This document shows, piece after piece, positions 36,298 through 47,948 of a stretch of 64,000 nt of DNA; within the stretch, counting starts at the first letter, position 1; every line of letters starts with the position of its first letter. The notes below the pieces were generated by a model. That model had not been told where the DNA came from and ran no database searches. It saw nothing but the letters and a program-made list of their open reading frames with translations. The translations under genes and the position numbers were made by a program. The stretch is taken from contig NC_086107.1 in assembly GCF_963921235.1 (NCBI RefSeq), positions 101,372,001-101,436,000 on the forward strand, read 5' to 3'. This DNA is from Mobula hypostoma (taxonomy: Eukaryota).

Positions 36298-37770
36298 GCG
36301 TGGAAAATGAGGCGCCGGTAAGTTTGGCAGAAAGTTTAGTAGACCCGGTGGTATATGGAGCGGTAACGGAGCCCCGGTGACTGACCCGGTGGGTTGATAT
36401 GGAGCGGTGACGGAGCCCCGGTGACTGACCCGGTGGGTTGATATGGAGCGGTAACGGAGCCCCGGTGACTGACCCGGTGGGTTGATATGGAGCGGTAACG
36501 GAGCCCCGGTGACTGACCCGGTGGGTTGATATGGAGCGGTAACGGAGCCCCGGTGACTGACCCGGTGGGTTGATATGGAGCGGTAACGGAGCCCCGGTGA
36601 CTGACCCGGTGGGTTGATATGGAGCGGTGACGGATTCTCAGCCAGTCGAGAGTAACTAGAGAAAGCAGACGGGAAACCGAATGTCGACGTTTCAGGCCAG
36701 AACCCTTCATCTGAAATGAGAGAGTAGACGGGAGATCTCAAAGAAGTGTGGATCGGACTCGGTGTTCTAAAACGAGAGGAGGCAGGGCGCCATCCGTGAC
36801 GAGACAGGGAAACATCCCGGAGGGTTCAGGAGCCCGGGACCGCGACCTGATTGAGTGCATAAACAGTGTGGGAGCGGAGCCGGTGAATTTATCACAAGGG
36901 TCGGAAGACAAGAAAGGGAACGGCCACCCGGTGAGGCATAGTACATCACCTACAGGCCCTTCGGCCCTGCACGTCTATCCTGACCACTGTATCCATCTAT
37001 CACACGCCTTGGCGATTGAAGTATTGGTGAAACCCGGGGGGTTCACTACCAACCTCGACAGATTCAAACTTCTGTGGGATCACCCCTCACCCTCCTGCGC
37101 TCCGTGAAAAACAAACTCAGCTTGCACACCTCTCTCGCCCAGTCACCTTGTTAGTCTTCCTTTCCTTGGACGGGGTACAGGGAAGATTATGTTTATAAGG
37201 AAGGTCGCGAGTTTACAAAATGGGTGGGAATGGAGACCCAGTGACTAATGAAGTCCCAGTGAGATATCAAGCCGCGTCCTTTGTTTTCGGTGAAGTTGCT
37301 AGGACAGGGGAACGAGCGCCCGCTGAGTGCATGGGGAGGGTGGGACAGAGGTCCCGGTAAGGAACGTGTATAATGAATACAACAAGTCTATACGAATTGT
37401 GTGACCGGGACCCTGTGAGTTTATTTTTAAAAAGAGCATAGAAACGGGGTGACAGAGGGTCAGTTAGGAGTGTGGGACCGAGACGAATTTGCAAGAAGAG
37501 TGGATGTTCGTAATGTAATTTGTCAGGTAATGATGCAGGGGGACAGGTCCCGGGGAGATGAGGGTGCGTGGGAACGGGACCCGGCTGAATTTCTGACTGA
37601 CATTGGCGCGGGGTCCCGCTGAGCCTGTAACATCAGGGGACGGGTCCCGGTGAGTTTATTAGGGGCATGGGGACGGTCCGAGGGAGCGCGGGAAATCTGT
37701 GGTAAAGCAGGCGCCGAATCATCAGAATTTCTCAGACAGCCGGATAACCGATTATCGGATTTCACTTCAG
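36150..37770. promoter_or_regulatory. CpG-island-like region
   Basis: By eye, much denser in CG dinucleotides than the flanks, including within old TE sequence; not computed. Confidence 0.5.
36342..36634. repeat. Near-perfect 44-bp VNTR, ~6.6 copies
   Basis: Unit GATATGGAGCGGTAACGGAGCCCCGGTGACTGACCCGGTGGGTT; GGAGCGG at 36357, 36401, 36445, 36489, 36533, 36577 and 36621. Confidence 0.97.
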
Positions 37771-37990
37771 CTACTGTCTGTCCGTAGAGAAAAAAAAAGG
37801 CCCCTTTTTGCCAGTGTTCAGGTAGTCCACCCTGATCTCCATTAGATTTCGTGCTTTTTAAAAATTCTAATGTTGAAAACCTTTCACAAAATGAGACTGT
37901 TCTTAAAAAAAGGAAATGGTGGGAAAAGTGGAGGAAAACGAAGAGTAAGAGACCATTAAAACAAAGAGAAAGACAGTTATAATGTTGCAT

Positions 37991-38141
37991 ACAACAGGAA
38001 TTCTGCAGATGCTGGAAATTCAAGCAACACACATCAAAGTTGCTGGTGAACGCAGCAGGCCAGGCAGCATCTCTAGGAAGAGGCGCAGTCGACGTTTCAG
38101 GCCGAGACGAAGGGTTCACCAGCAACTTTGATGTGTGTTGC
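37991..38141. mobile_element. Penelope 3'-end fold-back insertion with 13-bp TSD
   Basis: Inverted arms GCAACACACATCAAAGTTGCTGGTGAAC / GTTCACCAGCAACTTTGATGTGTGTTGC; TSD TATAATGTTGCAT at 37978-37990 and 38142-38154. Confidence 0.9.
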
Positions 38142-38194
38142 TATAATGTTGCATTCTTTGTTGTGTTTATGTAAGGAGCGTAAGTCACACTCCC

Positions 38195-38592
38195 CAAGAG
38201 GACCACAAGCTTGCGGCTTGGAGGTTTGCGTGCCTCAGTGACCCGGAGGGCTACGTTGGCTGGAGTCAGGGCTTTGTGCTTTGGCTCTTGGTAGGGTCAC
38301 CCATGCCAAACAGGTCAAAGGGTAGAGACCAGACTGCGAGTGGCCCACCGGTCCTCTAGATTCGGGGGTTCAGCTCAGGGTTAACAACCCCGACTGGTCA
38401 AACAAAACTGTTACGGCAACAGCAGTGAGGAGTCCTTCTACATCAGAGTGCGACGGTATTCCCGAGTCTCCACCCGGGACTTGTATGACTGACAGCAGCG
38501 AAAACCGAGAGGAAGCTACTGACACGATGAAGGGAGCCCTGGAACCGCCAGAGATGGACGCCAGTGGCGTAATGGGCGGTGGGTAAGCATAA
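38195..38592 (+). mobile_element. Internally deleted RTE-clade element (5' UTR + 3' end)
   Basis: GCTACGTTGGC..GGTAGGGTCACCCATGCCAAACAGGTC..CCAGAC resembles RTE/Expander 5' UTRs (from recall); ends GGGTAAGCATAAG. Confidence 0.6.
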
Positions 38593-38904
38593 GTTCCGTG
38601 CTATGGGTAAAGTGAACTGAATCATGCAATTTCAGTGTGAATATAATTTCAATGTAGTTCTACAGACCAGAAATACCTACCTAGTTTTTCGGTTTTTACG
38701 TTGTGGTAGTTAATGGGTTAATCCTATGCTTCTCAGTTAGCCGCCCCCACATGGGAGGAGTTCACATATTGTACCTGCAGTGTTATGAATAAAGTTCATT
38801 CAAACATCCTGCGTGCCGCTGTCATCCTCGTGGTCTCTGGACTCTCCCTCATAACGAACGTAACACTTTCTATGCGTGGCTTGTAGTTAATATTTTTATT
38901 GGAA

Positions 38905-39391
38905 ACATAGAAAATAGGTGCAGGAGTAGGCCATTCGGCCCTTCGAGCCTGCACCGCCATTCAGTATGATCATGGCTGATCATCCAACTCAGAACCCTGT
39001 ACCTGCCTTCTCTCCATACCCCCGATCCCCTCAGCCACAAGGGCCATATCTAACTCCCTTTTAAATATAGCCAATGAACTGGCCTCAACTGTTTCCTGTG
39101 GCAGAGAATTCCACAGATTCACCACTCTCTGTGTGAAGAAGTTTTTCCTCATCTCGGTCCTAAAAGGCTTCTCCTTTATCCTCAAACTGTGACCCCTCGT
39201 TCTGGACCTCCCCAACATCAGGAACAATCTTCCTGCATCTAGCCTGTCCAATCCCTTTAGGATTTTATACATTTCAATAAGATCCCCCCTCAATCTTCTA
39301 AATTCCAGCGAGTATAAGCCTAGTCGATCCAGTCTTTCATCATATGAAAGTCCGAGGAAAGACTGGATCGACCAGGCTTATACTCGCTGGA
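38905..39391 (-). mobile_element. Young CR1 3' fragment with an inverted duplication at its 5' end
   Basis: RGDLIEMYKILKGLD..FFTQRVVNLWNSLP; possible TSD ATTGGAA at 38898 and 39392. Confidence 0.85.
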
Positions 39392-39619
39392 ATTGGAAGT
39401 GGAATTGGTTTATTATAGCCACGTACTGAGGTACAGTGAAAAGCTTGTCTTGCATACTGTTGGTACAGATCAGATCATTACATCAGCGTATTGAGGCATT
39501 GCGAGGGACAACAATAACAGAATGCAGAGTGAAGTGTTGCAGTTAAGGTGGGAGTGCAATGCTGGGAGACAATAAGGTGCAAGGTCTTACTGAGGTAGAT
39601 TGTGAGGTCAAGAGTCCAT

Positions 39620-39915
39620 AGCGAGTAGCGTAATGTTTTCACAGTGCCAACTGTTAAGATCAGGGTTCAAATTCCTTCACTGTCTGAAAGAGGTTTGTAC
39701 GTTCTCTTCGTGACAGTGTGGGATTCCTCCAGATGCTGTGATTTCCTGCCACACTCCAAAGATGGACAGATTAGGATTAGTAATCTTGGGCCTGCTGTGT
39801 TGGTGCTGCAAGTGTAGCAATACTTGCGGGCTGCCCAGCACCATCCCCACTGATTTGACTTGACACAAATGATGTGTTTCGCTGTGTGTTTCAATGTAAT
39901 TGTGACAAATAAAGC
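39620..39915 (+). mobile_element. V-SINE subfamily with a different tail
   Basis: GGGTTCAAATTCC, V core, tail ..GTGACAAATAAAG; similar to 57458-57985. Confidence 0.7.
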
Positions 39916-39969
39916 CAATCGTTATCTTCATCTTGTTGTATATCTAACCCTAGAGTGTCTGTCCAGAGT

Positions 39970-41293
39970 AAGACTGGTGGCATTGACCTCCCACATCATG
40001 GAGACCCTGGAGAGACTTGTTCTGGAGCTGCTGCGGCCTATGGTCAGACCACACTTAGATCCCCTCCAGTTCGCCTACCAGCCTCGACTAGGAGTTGAGG
40101 ATGCCATCGTCTACCTGCTGAACCATGTCTACGCCCACCTGGACAAGCCAGCGAGCACTGTGAGGGTCATGTTTTTTGACTTCTCCAGTGCGTTCAACAC
40201 CATCTGCCCTGCTCTGCTGGGGGAGAAGCTGACAGCGATGCAGGTGGATGCTTTCCTGGTGTCATGGATTCTTGATTACCTGACTGGCAGACCACAGTAC
40301 GTGTGCTTGCAACACTGTGTGTCCGACAGAGTGATCAGCAGCACTGGGGCTCCACAGGGGACTGTCTTGTCTCCCTTTCTCTTCACCATTTACACCTCGG
40401 ACTTCAACTACTGCACAGAGTCTTGTCATCTTCAGAAGTTTTCTGATGACTCTGCCATAGTTGGATGCATCAGCAAGGGAGATGAGGCTGAGTACAGGGC
40501 TACGGTAGGAAACTTTATCACATGGTGTGAGCAGAATTATCTGCAGCTTAATGTGAAAAAGACTAAGGAGCTGGTGGTAGACCTGAGGAGAGCTAAGGTA
40601 CCGGTGACCCCTGTTTCCATCCAGGGGGTCAGTGTGGACATGGTGGAGGATTACAAATACCTGGGGATACAAATTGACAATAAACTGGATTGGTCAAAGA
40701 ACACTGAGGCTGTCTACAAGAAGGGTCAGAGCCGTCTCTATTTCCTGAGGAGACTGAGGTCCTTCAACAACTGCCGGACGATGCTGAGGATGTTCTACGA
40801 GTCTGTGGAGGCCAGTGCTACCATGTTTGCTGTTGTGTGCTGGGGCAGCAGGCTGAGGGTAGCAGACACCAACAGAATCAACAAACTCATTCGTAAGGCC
40901 AGTGATGTTGTGGGGATGGAACTGGACTCTCTGACGGTGGTGTCTGAAAAGAGGATGCTGTCCAAGTTGCATGCCATCTTGGTCAATGTCTCCCATCCAC
41001 TACATAATGTACCGGTTGGGCACAGGAGTACATTCAGCCAGAGACTCATTCCACCGAGATGCAGCACAGAGCGTCATAGGAAGTCATTCCTGCCTGTGGC
41101 CATCAAAGTTTACAACTCCTCCCTTGGAGGGTCAGACACCCTGAGCCAATAGGCTGGTCCTGGACTTATTTCCTGGCATAAATTACATATTACTATTTAA
41201 CAATTTATGTTTTTATTACTATTTATTATTTATGGTGCAACTGTAATGAAAACCAATTTCCCCCGGGATCAATAAAGTATGACTATGACTATG
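39970..41293 (+). mobile_element. Young 5'-truncated Rex1/Babar LINE with an open RT frame to the stop at 41152 and an (ATGACT)n tail
   Basis: VALTSHIMETLERLV, DPLQFAYQ, FFDFSSAFNTI, GAPQGTVLSPFLF, KFSDDSA; the N-terminal part of the 430-aa ORF comes from flanking SINE sequence. Confidence 0.92.
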
Positions 41294-42274
41294 TAAACAA
41301 TGTCTTGTGGTCCATCGTATCACTTCAATGCTGCTGGTCCAATTTGGGCCCAGCAATAGCCAGCTGCTCTGGAGGAAAACACAGTGTAGCCAATTCTGGC
41401 TCAAGATGACTTGGACCTCCACATCCCAAGGTCAAAGGCCTTGTGTGCACCACCCACTCTTACAATTCCCTCCCTGGTAGAAATGACTCCCTCAATAAAA
41501 GTGCTGAGCTCTGAGATTTCATCCTTCTTCTCCTTCACCTTAGGCCAAGCTCTTATGCAGATAGAGAGAGTTACACCGTACCAAAGGTTCGAAGATTGAA
41601 AGTTCATTTATTATCAAAGTGCGTATGCAGAATACAACCCTGAGATTCATCTTCCCATAGACAGCCACAAAACAAAGAAAACCATGGAACCTGTTCAATT
41701 CTGCTCAGTTCATTAATCCGCAGGACACTTCCCCCCCCGATGAAAATCACCCGAAATAGCAACAGAAAAGGCAGCGACCAGAAACCAGAAACAAACCATA
41801 ACGTGAACTACGGAGTCTAATCCACAAATCGTAGTGATTAAACCCTTCCCAAGTCCCAGAAACCTGGCACCGTCCTCCAACAGCATCAAGGAGGAGAGAG
41901 CATTTGGACTCGAGACCTTCCTTCAGGAGCAGCAAGGGAGAGGCTGCTTTCGTGCCCTTGAGTTCAATGTCTTCATGTTAATGACGGGGCTCTGATTTGC
42001 ACCAGTCGTACAATGATCCAATCTTATGCTTTCCACATTTCCAAGTACTCCCCTCAGATTCTACCGCTTGTCTACACACAGGGGAGATATACAGCAACCT
42101 GCGAACCCAACTACCTCAGGGGTGTGTGAAGAAACCCAAGAGAAACCACACAGTGACAGGGAGAACGTGCAGACTCCACTCTGACAGCACCCGAGGCCGG
42201 GTTGCTACCAGCGACCCTACTGTGCTGTCCCATCACCAGGTTGAAGTGATTCAGTGGGAAATTTTGTCTGATGG

Positions 42275-42592
42275 CCCTCCTGAAGGATACAGAAGGCTCC
42301 ATCCCAATGAAACTTCTTGCCCTAAAAAATTTTGGTACTTTTTTTCCTTGCTGGCGGTTTGATGTTTATCTTTAGAAGCTTTTTGTATGACGCATGGCTC
42401 TGGGGTTGAACACCTAATGGGGTTCTTTTCTTCCCACTTTTTCTTGCTTAGTAGGGCTTTTCTTCAATCACCAAAATTTTTCCAATCTTTTAAATAATGT
42501 TTTTTTTTCTTGAGTCATTGTAAGTGTTGCTTACTTCGATGTACTCGTGTTAATTTTGGATAATAATAGCAAAAAGATTTGAAAAGAAAGAA
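42275..42592 (+). mobile_element. Probable L1-type 3' end fragment
   Basis: T-rich UTR ending in an A-rich tail AAAAAGATTTGAAAAGAAAGAAA. Confidence 0.45.
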
Positions 42593-42890
42593 ACTTCTCG
42601 CCCTTGTTACCCCTAGACACATTACCAACCTTCCAAGGATTAAGGATCAGACTCCAAGATTTTGTACCACACCCTCATCTAACCTCGGGCAAAATACTTC
42701 AGAGTGAACAAAGAAGTACAGGGTACCATAAAACAGCTGTGGGACGTTGTTAAGGGGGATGGTGACCAGCCTGAGATGGTGGTTCTCAGTGGCACAGCTA
42801 AAACAAGAAATGAGAACCTACACCATGAATTTAGGGAGCTAGGCTGCAGACTGGATTACTTCTCATACCTCATGCTAGTAGTTATAGAAC

Positions 42891-43535
42891 TTTTTTTTTA
42901 GATTATGAGGACACGCAGTCCTCTTTTATTGTCATTTAGTAATGCCTGCATTAAGAAATGATACAATGTTTTTCCAGAATGATGCCACAGAAACACATGA
43001 CAAACCAACTTAAAAACTGACAAAAACCACATAATTATAACATATAGTTACAACAGTGCAAAGCAATACTGTAATTTGATAACAGACCATGGGCACGGTA
43101 AAATCTCAAAGTCTCTCGGAAGTCCCATCATCTCACGCAGACGGTGAACCTCCAGCACCGCAAACTTGCCGATGCAGCATCCCGGAAGCATCCGACCACA
43201 GTCCGACTCCGAGTCCGTCCGAAAACTTCGAGCCTCCGACCAGCTCTCCAACACTGAGCACCGAGCACCATCTCTGCCGAGCACTTCGACCCTGGCCCCG
43301 GCAACAGGCAATAGGCAAAGCTGAGGATTTGGGGCCTTCCCCTCTGGAGATTCTTGATCGCACAGTAGCAGCGGCAGCGAAGTGGGCATTTCAGAAGTTT
43401 CTCCAGGTGTTCCTTCGTGCTTCTCACGGCTGTCTCCATTAAATCCGGATTGTGCACAGCCCCTAGTTAACACATATCGATATCATTCGGAATGGCCGTG
43501 CGCGCTGCATCGCGTCACCATCTTCTCCTCCCTCC
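42891..43535 (-). mobile_element. Second copy of the 35091-35765 non-autonomous element
   Basis: Direct reverse-complement similarity over the full length. Confidence 0.85.
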
Positions 43536-44379
43536 ACAGTCCAGATGAGTGTGACGGTGCAAAAGGAGGGATATAGATTTATGGATTACTGCGTCTGGTA
43601 CATGCTGGATGGGAGCAAGATTTGCAAGTGCTGTTGGGGAAGGTTTAAGCTAATTTGGCAGGGGAATGGGGCCTAGAGTAGAAGTACCTGTACCAGGTGA
43701 CCAACAGCCACATATAGAAGGGAGACTCTGTCATTCCAGTGAACCAAACAGAAATAAATTTGCTAAGTCCTGAAACACAGACTATTCACTTCCCTCCATA
43801 GGCGCTACCTGGCCTGCTGAGTTCCTCCAGCGTTTTGTGTCTGTGTTGCCATAGGTTTGATGAAGCATTTGACAGATTGTGCCCGTAGGTTTAAAACAAA
43901 GAGTTAGGCTGCTGAACTGGGTCTGGTGATTAAAGCGCATGAGGATCTGATATTGCTGGTAATGGAGGCGATTTGGTTGAAAGACGGGTAGGACTGGTAA
44001 CTCTGCATTCCAGGGTAGAGAGGGAGTGGGCGGAAACAGAGGAGGTGAGGTTGCAGTATACAACGAGGTCTTGTCGCTGTGATAGGGAGGGAGGGTTTCA
44101 TGGAAGGTTCTTCAAAAGAGGAGGCTCAGTACCACTGGGGCAGCTTAGTAGAGTAGTGGTTACTGTAAGTGTTGTTACTGCACCAGTGACCCAGGTTCGT
44201 ACAACATAGAACAGCCCCTTCGGTCCACGATGTTTGCTGAAGCACAATAAATTAATAATCAAATGGCCAACTAAAATAATCTCTTCTGCCTACACAATGC
44301 CCATATCCTTCCATTTTCCTCACATTCAGATGCCTATCCAAACATCTCCAAAAAGTCCTTCATGTTTTTAATTTTATTT

Positions 44380-44652
44380 ATCTACTTAGAGATACGACAT
44401 GGAGCAGGCTCTTTCGGTCCAACGAGCTGCCACGTTTAACCCTAGCCTAATCACAGGAGAATTTACAATGGATAATTAACCTGCTAACCGGTACACCTTC
44501 GGTCTGTAGGAGGAGACCAGAGCACTCGGAGGAAACCCACATGCTGATGTGAAGATCACAGAAACTCCTTACAGACGGCGCCGGAATTGAACTCTGAACG
44601 CCAACGCCCCAAGCTGTAATGGCGTCGCGCGAACCGCTACACTACCGTGGCG
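44380..44652 (-). mobile_element. V-SINE
   Basis: Reverse complement of head (GGAATTGAAC, AACCGCTA) and core. Confidence 0.8.
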
Positions 44653-44654
44653 CC

Positions 44655-47600
44655 TGTAGCGTCAGCCTGGCAGCGCATTTCGGGCACCCACCACCCTCTG
44701 AGTAAAAAGATCTTGCTCCTTGCATAGCCTTTGAAATGATCCCCTCTCACATTCTGGTATTAGACATTTCAACTCTGTCAACTCTGTCCATGCATGTCAT
44801 AATCTTATAATCCTCTACCAGATCTGCCCCCAGCCTCCATCGCTCCAGAGAAAGCAACCCAAGTTTGTTCATCCTCTGGTTAAAGCACATGCCCTCTAGT
44901 CGAGGGAGTACCCTAGCAAAACTCTTCTGCACCCTCTTCAAAACCTCAGCACTCTTCCTAAAATGGGGCAACCAGAACTGATGCAAAACTCCAGGTGTGG
45001 ACTAACTAGAGTTTCATAAATCTGCACCATAACTTCATGACCTTTGAACTCAATGCCTCGATTAATGAAGGCAAGCAAGCCATATGCTGCTTTAACAGTG
45101 TACGCTCTATTTACAATTGATCTACCAAGGTGCAACACCTCACATTTGGTCAGGATAAACTCTATCTGCCACTCCTCCGCCATATCCTATATCTTGTTGT
45201 ATTCTTTGCCAGTATTCTTTGACAATAAACTGGACCGGTCAAAGAACACTGAGGCTGTCTACAAGAAAAGTCAGAGCCGTCTCTATTTCCTGAGGAGACT
45301 GAGGTCCTTTAACATCTGCCAGATGATGCTGAGGATGTTTTACGAGTCTGTGGTGGCCAGTGCTATCATGTTTGCTGTTGTGTCCTGGGGCAGCAGGCTG
45401 AGGGTAGCAGACACCAACAGAATCAACAAACTCATTCGTAAGGCCAGTGATGTTGTGGGGAAGGAACTGGACTCTCTGACGGTGGTGTCTGAAAAGAGGA
45501 TGCTGTCCAAGTTGCATGCCATCTTGGACAATGTCTCCCATCAACTACATAATGTACTGGGTGGGCACAGGAGTACATTCAGCCAGAGACTCATCCCACC
45601 AAGATGCAGCACAGAGCGTCATAGGAAGTCATTCCTGCCTGTGGCCATCAAAGTTTACAACTCCTCCCTTGGAGGGTCAGACACCCTGAGCCAATAGGCT
45701 GGTCCTGGACTTATTTCCTGGCATAAATTACATATTACTATTTAACAATTTATGTTTTTATTACTATTTACTATTTATGGTGCAATTGTAATGAAAACCA
45801 ATTTCCCCCGGGATCAATAAAGTATGACTATGACTATGACTATGACCATCTACGCTATCCACAACACCACCAATCTTTCTATCATCTGCAAACTTCCTAA
45901 CCCATCCATCTACATTTTCATCCAGGTCATTTATACGCATCACAAACAGCAGATCCCTGTAGAATACCACTAATCACAGACCTCCAGCTAGAATGAGTTC
46001 CTTCAACTATTACCCTCTGTCTTTTATCAGCAAGCCAGTTCTGAATCCAAATGCTCAATTCACCATTGATTGCTTGCATCTTAATCTTCTGGACGAGTTC
46101 CCATGAGAGACCTTGTCAAGCACCTTAGATAACAGCCACAGTTCTACTTTCAGCAATCACCTATGTCACCTTGTCAAAAAACTCAATCAAATTAGTCCTG
46201 CACAAAGCCATACTGGCACTCCTTATGTAGGGCACGGTTTTCCAAATGCTCACCAACCCTATCCCTAAGAATTCCCTCCGTTAGCTCCCTCACCACCGCG
46301 TGAGACTCACTGGTCTGTAGTTTCCAGGATTATCCCCGTTCCCTTCTTGGATAATAGAACAACATCAGCTACTCACCAGTCCTCTGGGACCTTAATTGTA
46401 GCTCGGGAGAACATGAAGATATTGGTCAAGGCCGCAGTAACCTCTTCACTTGCCTCTGTCAATAACTTGGGGTACAGTATATCGCATCAGGCCCTGGGAA
46501 CTTATCCACGTTGATTCTCTTTAAGAGACCCAACACTATCTCCTCCTTTACTTTGAAATGCCCTGGCATATTAATACTCTTGGCACCTCTCCTTGGTAAA
46601 TACTAATGTAAAGTACTCATTAAGGATCTCACCCACATCCTCCACATCCAAGCAAATGTTGCCCCCTTTATCCCTGAGTCGTCCCACCATCTCCCTAGTT
46701 ATTCTCTTGCTCCTGATGTATGTGTAGAATGCCTTGGGATTCTCTTTAATCCATTTGCCAAGGGCTTTTCAGGTCCCTCCTGGTTTTCCTAACACCCTTC
46801 TCGAGTTCTTTTCTGGCTTCTTTATAATCCTTGTGGACCCTGTTTGAATCTGGCTTCCTAAGGTTTACATACTTTTCCTTTTTCTTCTTGACTAAATTCA
46901 TCACCTCCCTCGACATCCAAGGCTCTCTGACCTTGCCATCCTTCTGACTGGAACACAGCTGCCCTATACTCTGTGCAGTTGGTCTTTGAACACCTTGCAC
47001 ATGTCAGGTGTGGGCTTGCCCAAAATCAGCCGTTCCCAATTAACTCTCCCTAGTTCCTTCCTAGTGCTCTCATAATTTCCCTTGTGCTGATTTAATACTC
47101 TCCCCCAAGGTCCATACTTACCCTTAGCTATAGGCATCTTAAAACTTAAGAAGTTGTGGGCACTGTTCCCTAACTGCTCAACCACTGAAAGGTCGGTCAC
47201 CTCCCCAGGGTCATTACCCACCACCAGGTCCAGTCCTAGCCTTGTTGGACTATCTACATATTGAATTAAGACGTCCTCCTAGAAGCACCTGACAAATTAT
47301 TTCCCACCTAAACTTCTTACACCGAGAAGGTTCCAACTGAGAGAAGTTGAGGCCCCCATGACAACAGCACTATTGTTTTCATACCGGTCCCTTAATCTGC
47401 CTGCATACCTGTTCCTCAGTGTCCCGGTGATTTCGGGGGTCAGAGTGAAATTGCACCTTTCCTAGTTTGGAGTTCTACCCATATAAACTCAGTGGATGAG
47501 CCCTCCGTTATGTCCCTCTGAGTGAAGCTGTGATACTGCCCCTGATTAGTAACGCAATTCCATCCCCCCCCCCAACTTTTTTACCTCCATCTTTATCTTC

Positions 47601-47945
47601 TCTAAAACATCGAAACCCTGGGACATTAGGTACTCATTCTTGCCCCTATCACAGCCAAGTCTCTGTAATGGTCAAAATATCGTAGTTCCATGTACTGATC
47701 CATGCTCTAACTTCATCACCGTTACCCATAATACTCCTAGCATTAAAATACACACACTTCAGACAATCTAATTTTTTTGCCCCTGCCAGTTTTTATTGGC
47801 CGACATCTACCTTCCTCTCCATCCCTGCATGTTCTGACCTGGTACTCTGGTTCCCACCCCTCTGCCAAACCAGATTAAACCCTCCCAAGTGCCACCAGCG
47901 AACCTCCCGGTCAGGATATTGGTTCCCCTCCAGTTCAGGTGCAAC
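44655..47945 (-). mobile_element. Degenerate CR1 LINE spanning most of ORF2
   Basis: Fragments LVSPHLEFC, INDLDENVDGWVRKFADDRKIGG, EPWMSREVMNLVKKK, LGNSAHN; many stops and frameshifts. Confidence 0.85.
45219..45846 (+). mobile_element. Rex1/Babar 3' fragment nested in CR1, near-identical to 40675-41293
   Basis: Direct sequence comparison; (ATGACT)n tail. Confidence 0.92.
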
Positions 47946-47948
47946 CTC

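Noticed and set aside
36178..36741. 187-aa and 124-aa repetitive ORFs
   Set aside because: By-products of the 44-bp VNTR; the period is not a multiple of 3 and the frames simply cycle
37709..37770. Tigger-like MITE end (CCGGATAACCGATTATCGGA)
   Set aside because: No partner TIR or TA duplication found
38159..38864. Possible additional solo LTR ending CGTAACA
   Set aside because: No matching 5' terminus or TSD could be fixed
39860..41152. 430-aa ORF as a host gene
   Set aside because: It is a truncated Rex1 RT; its start comes from flanking SINE sequence
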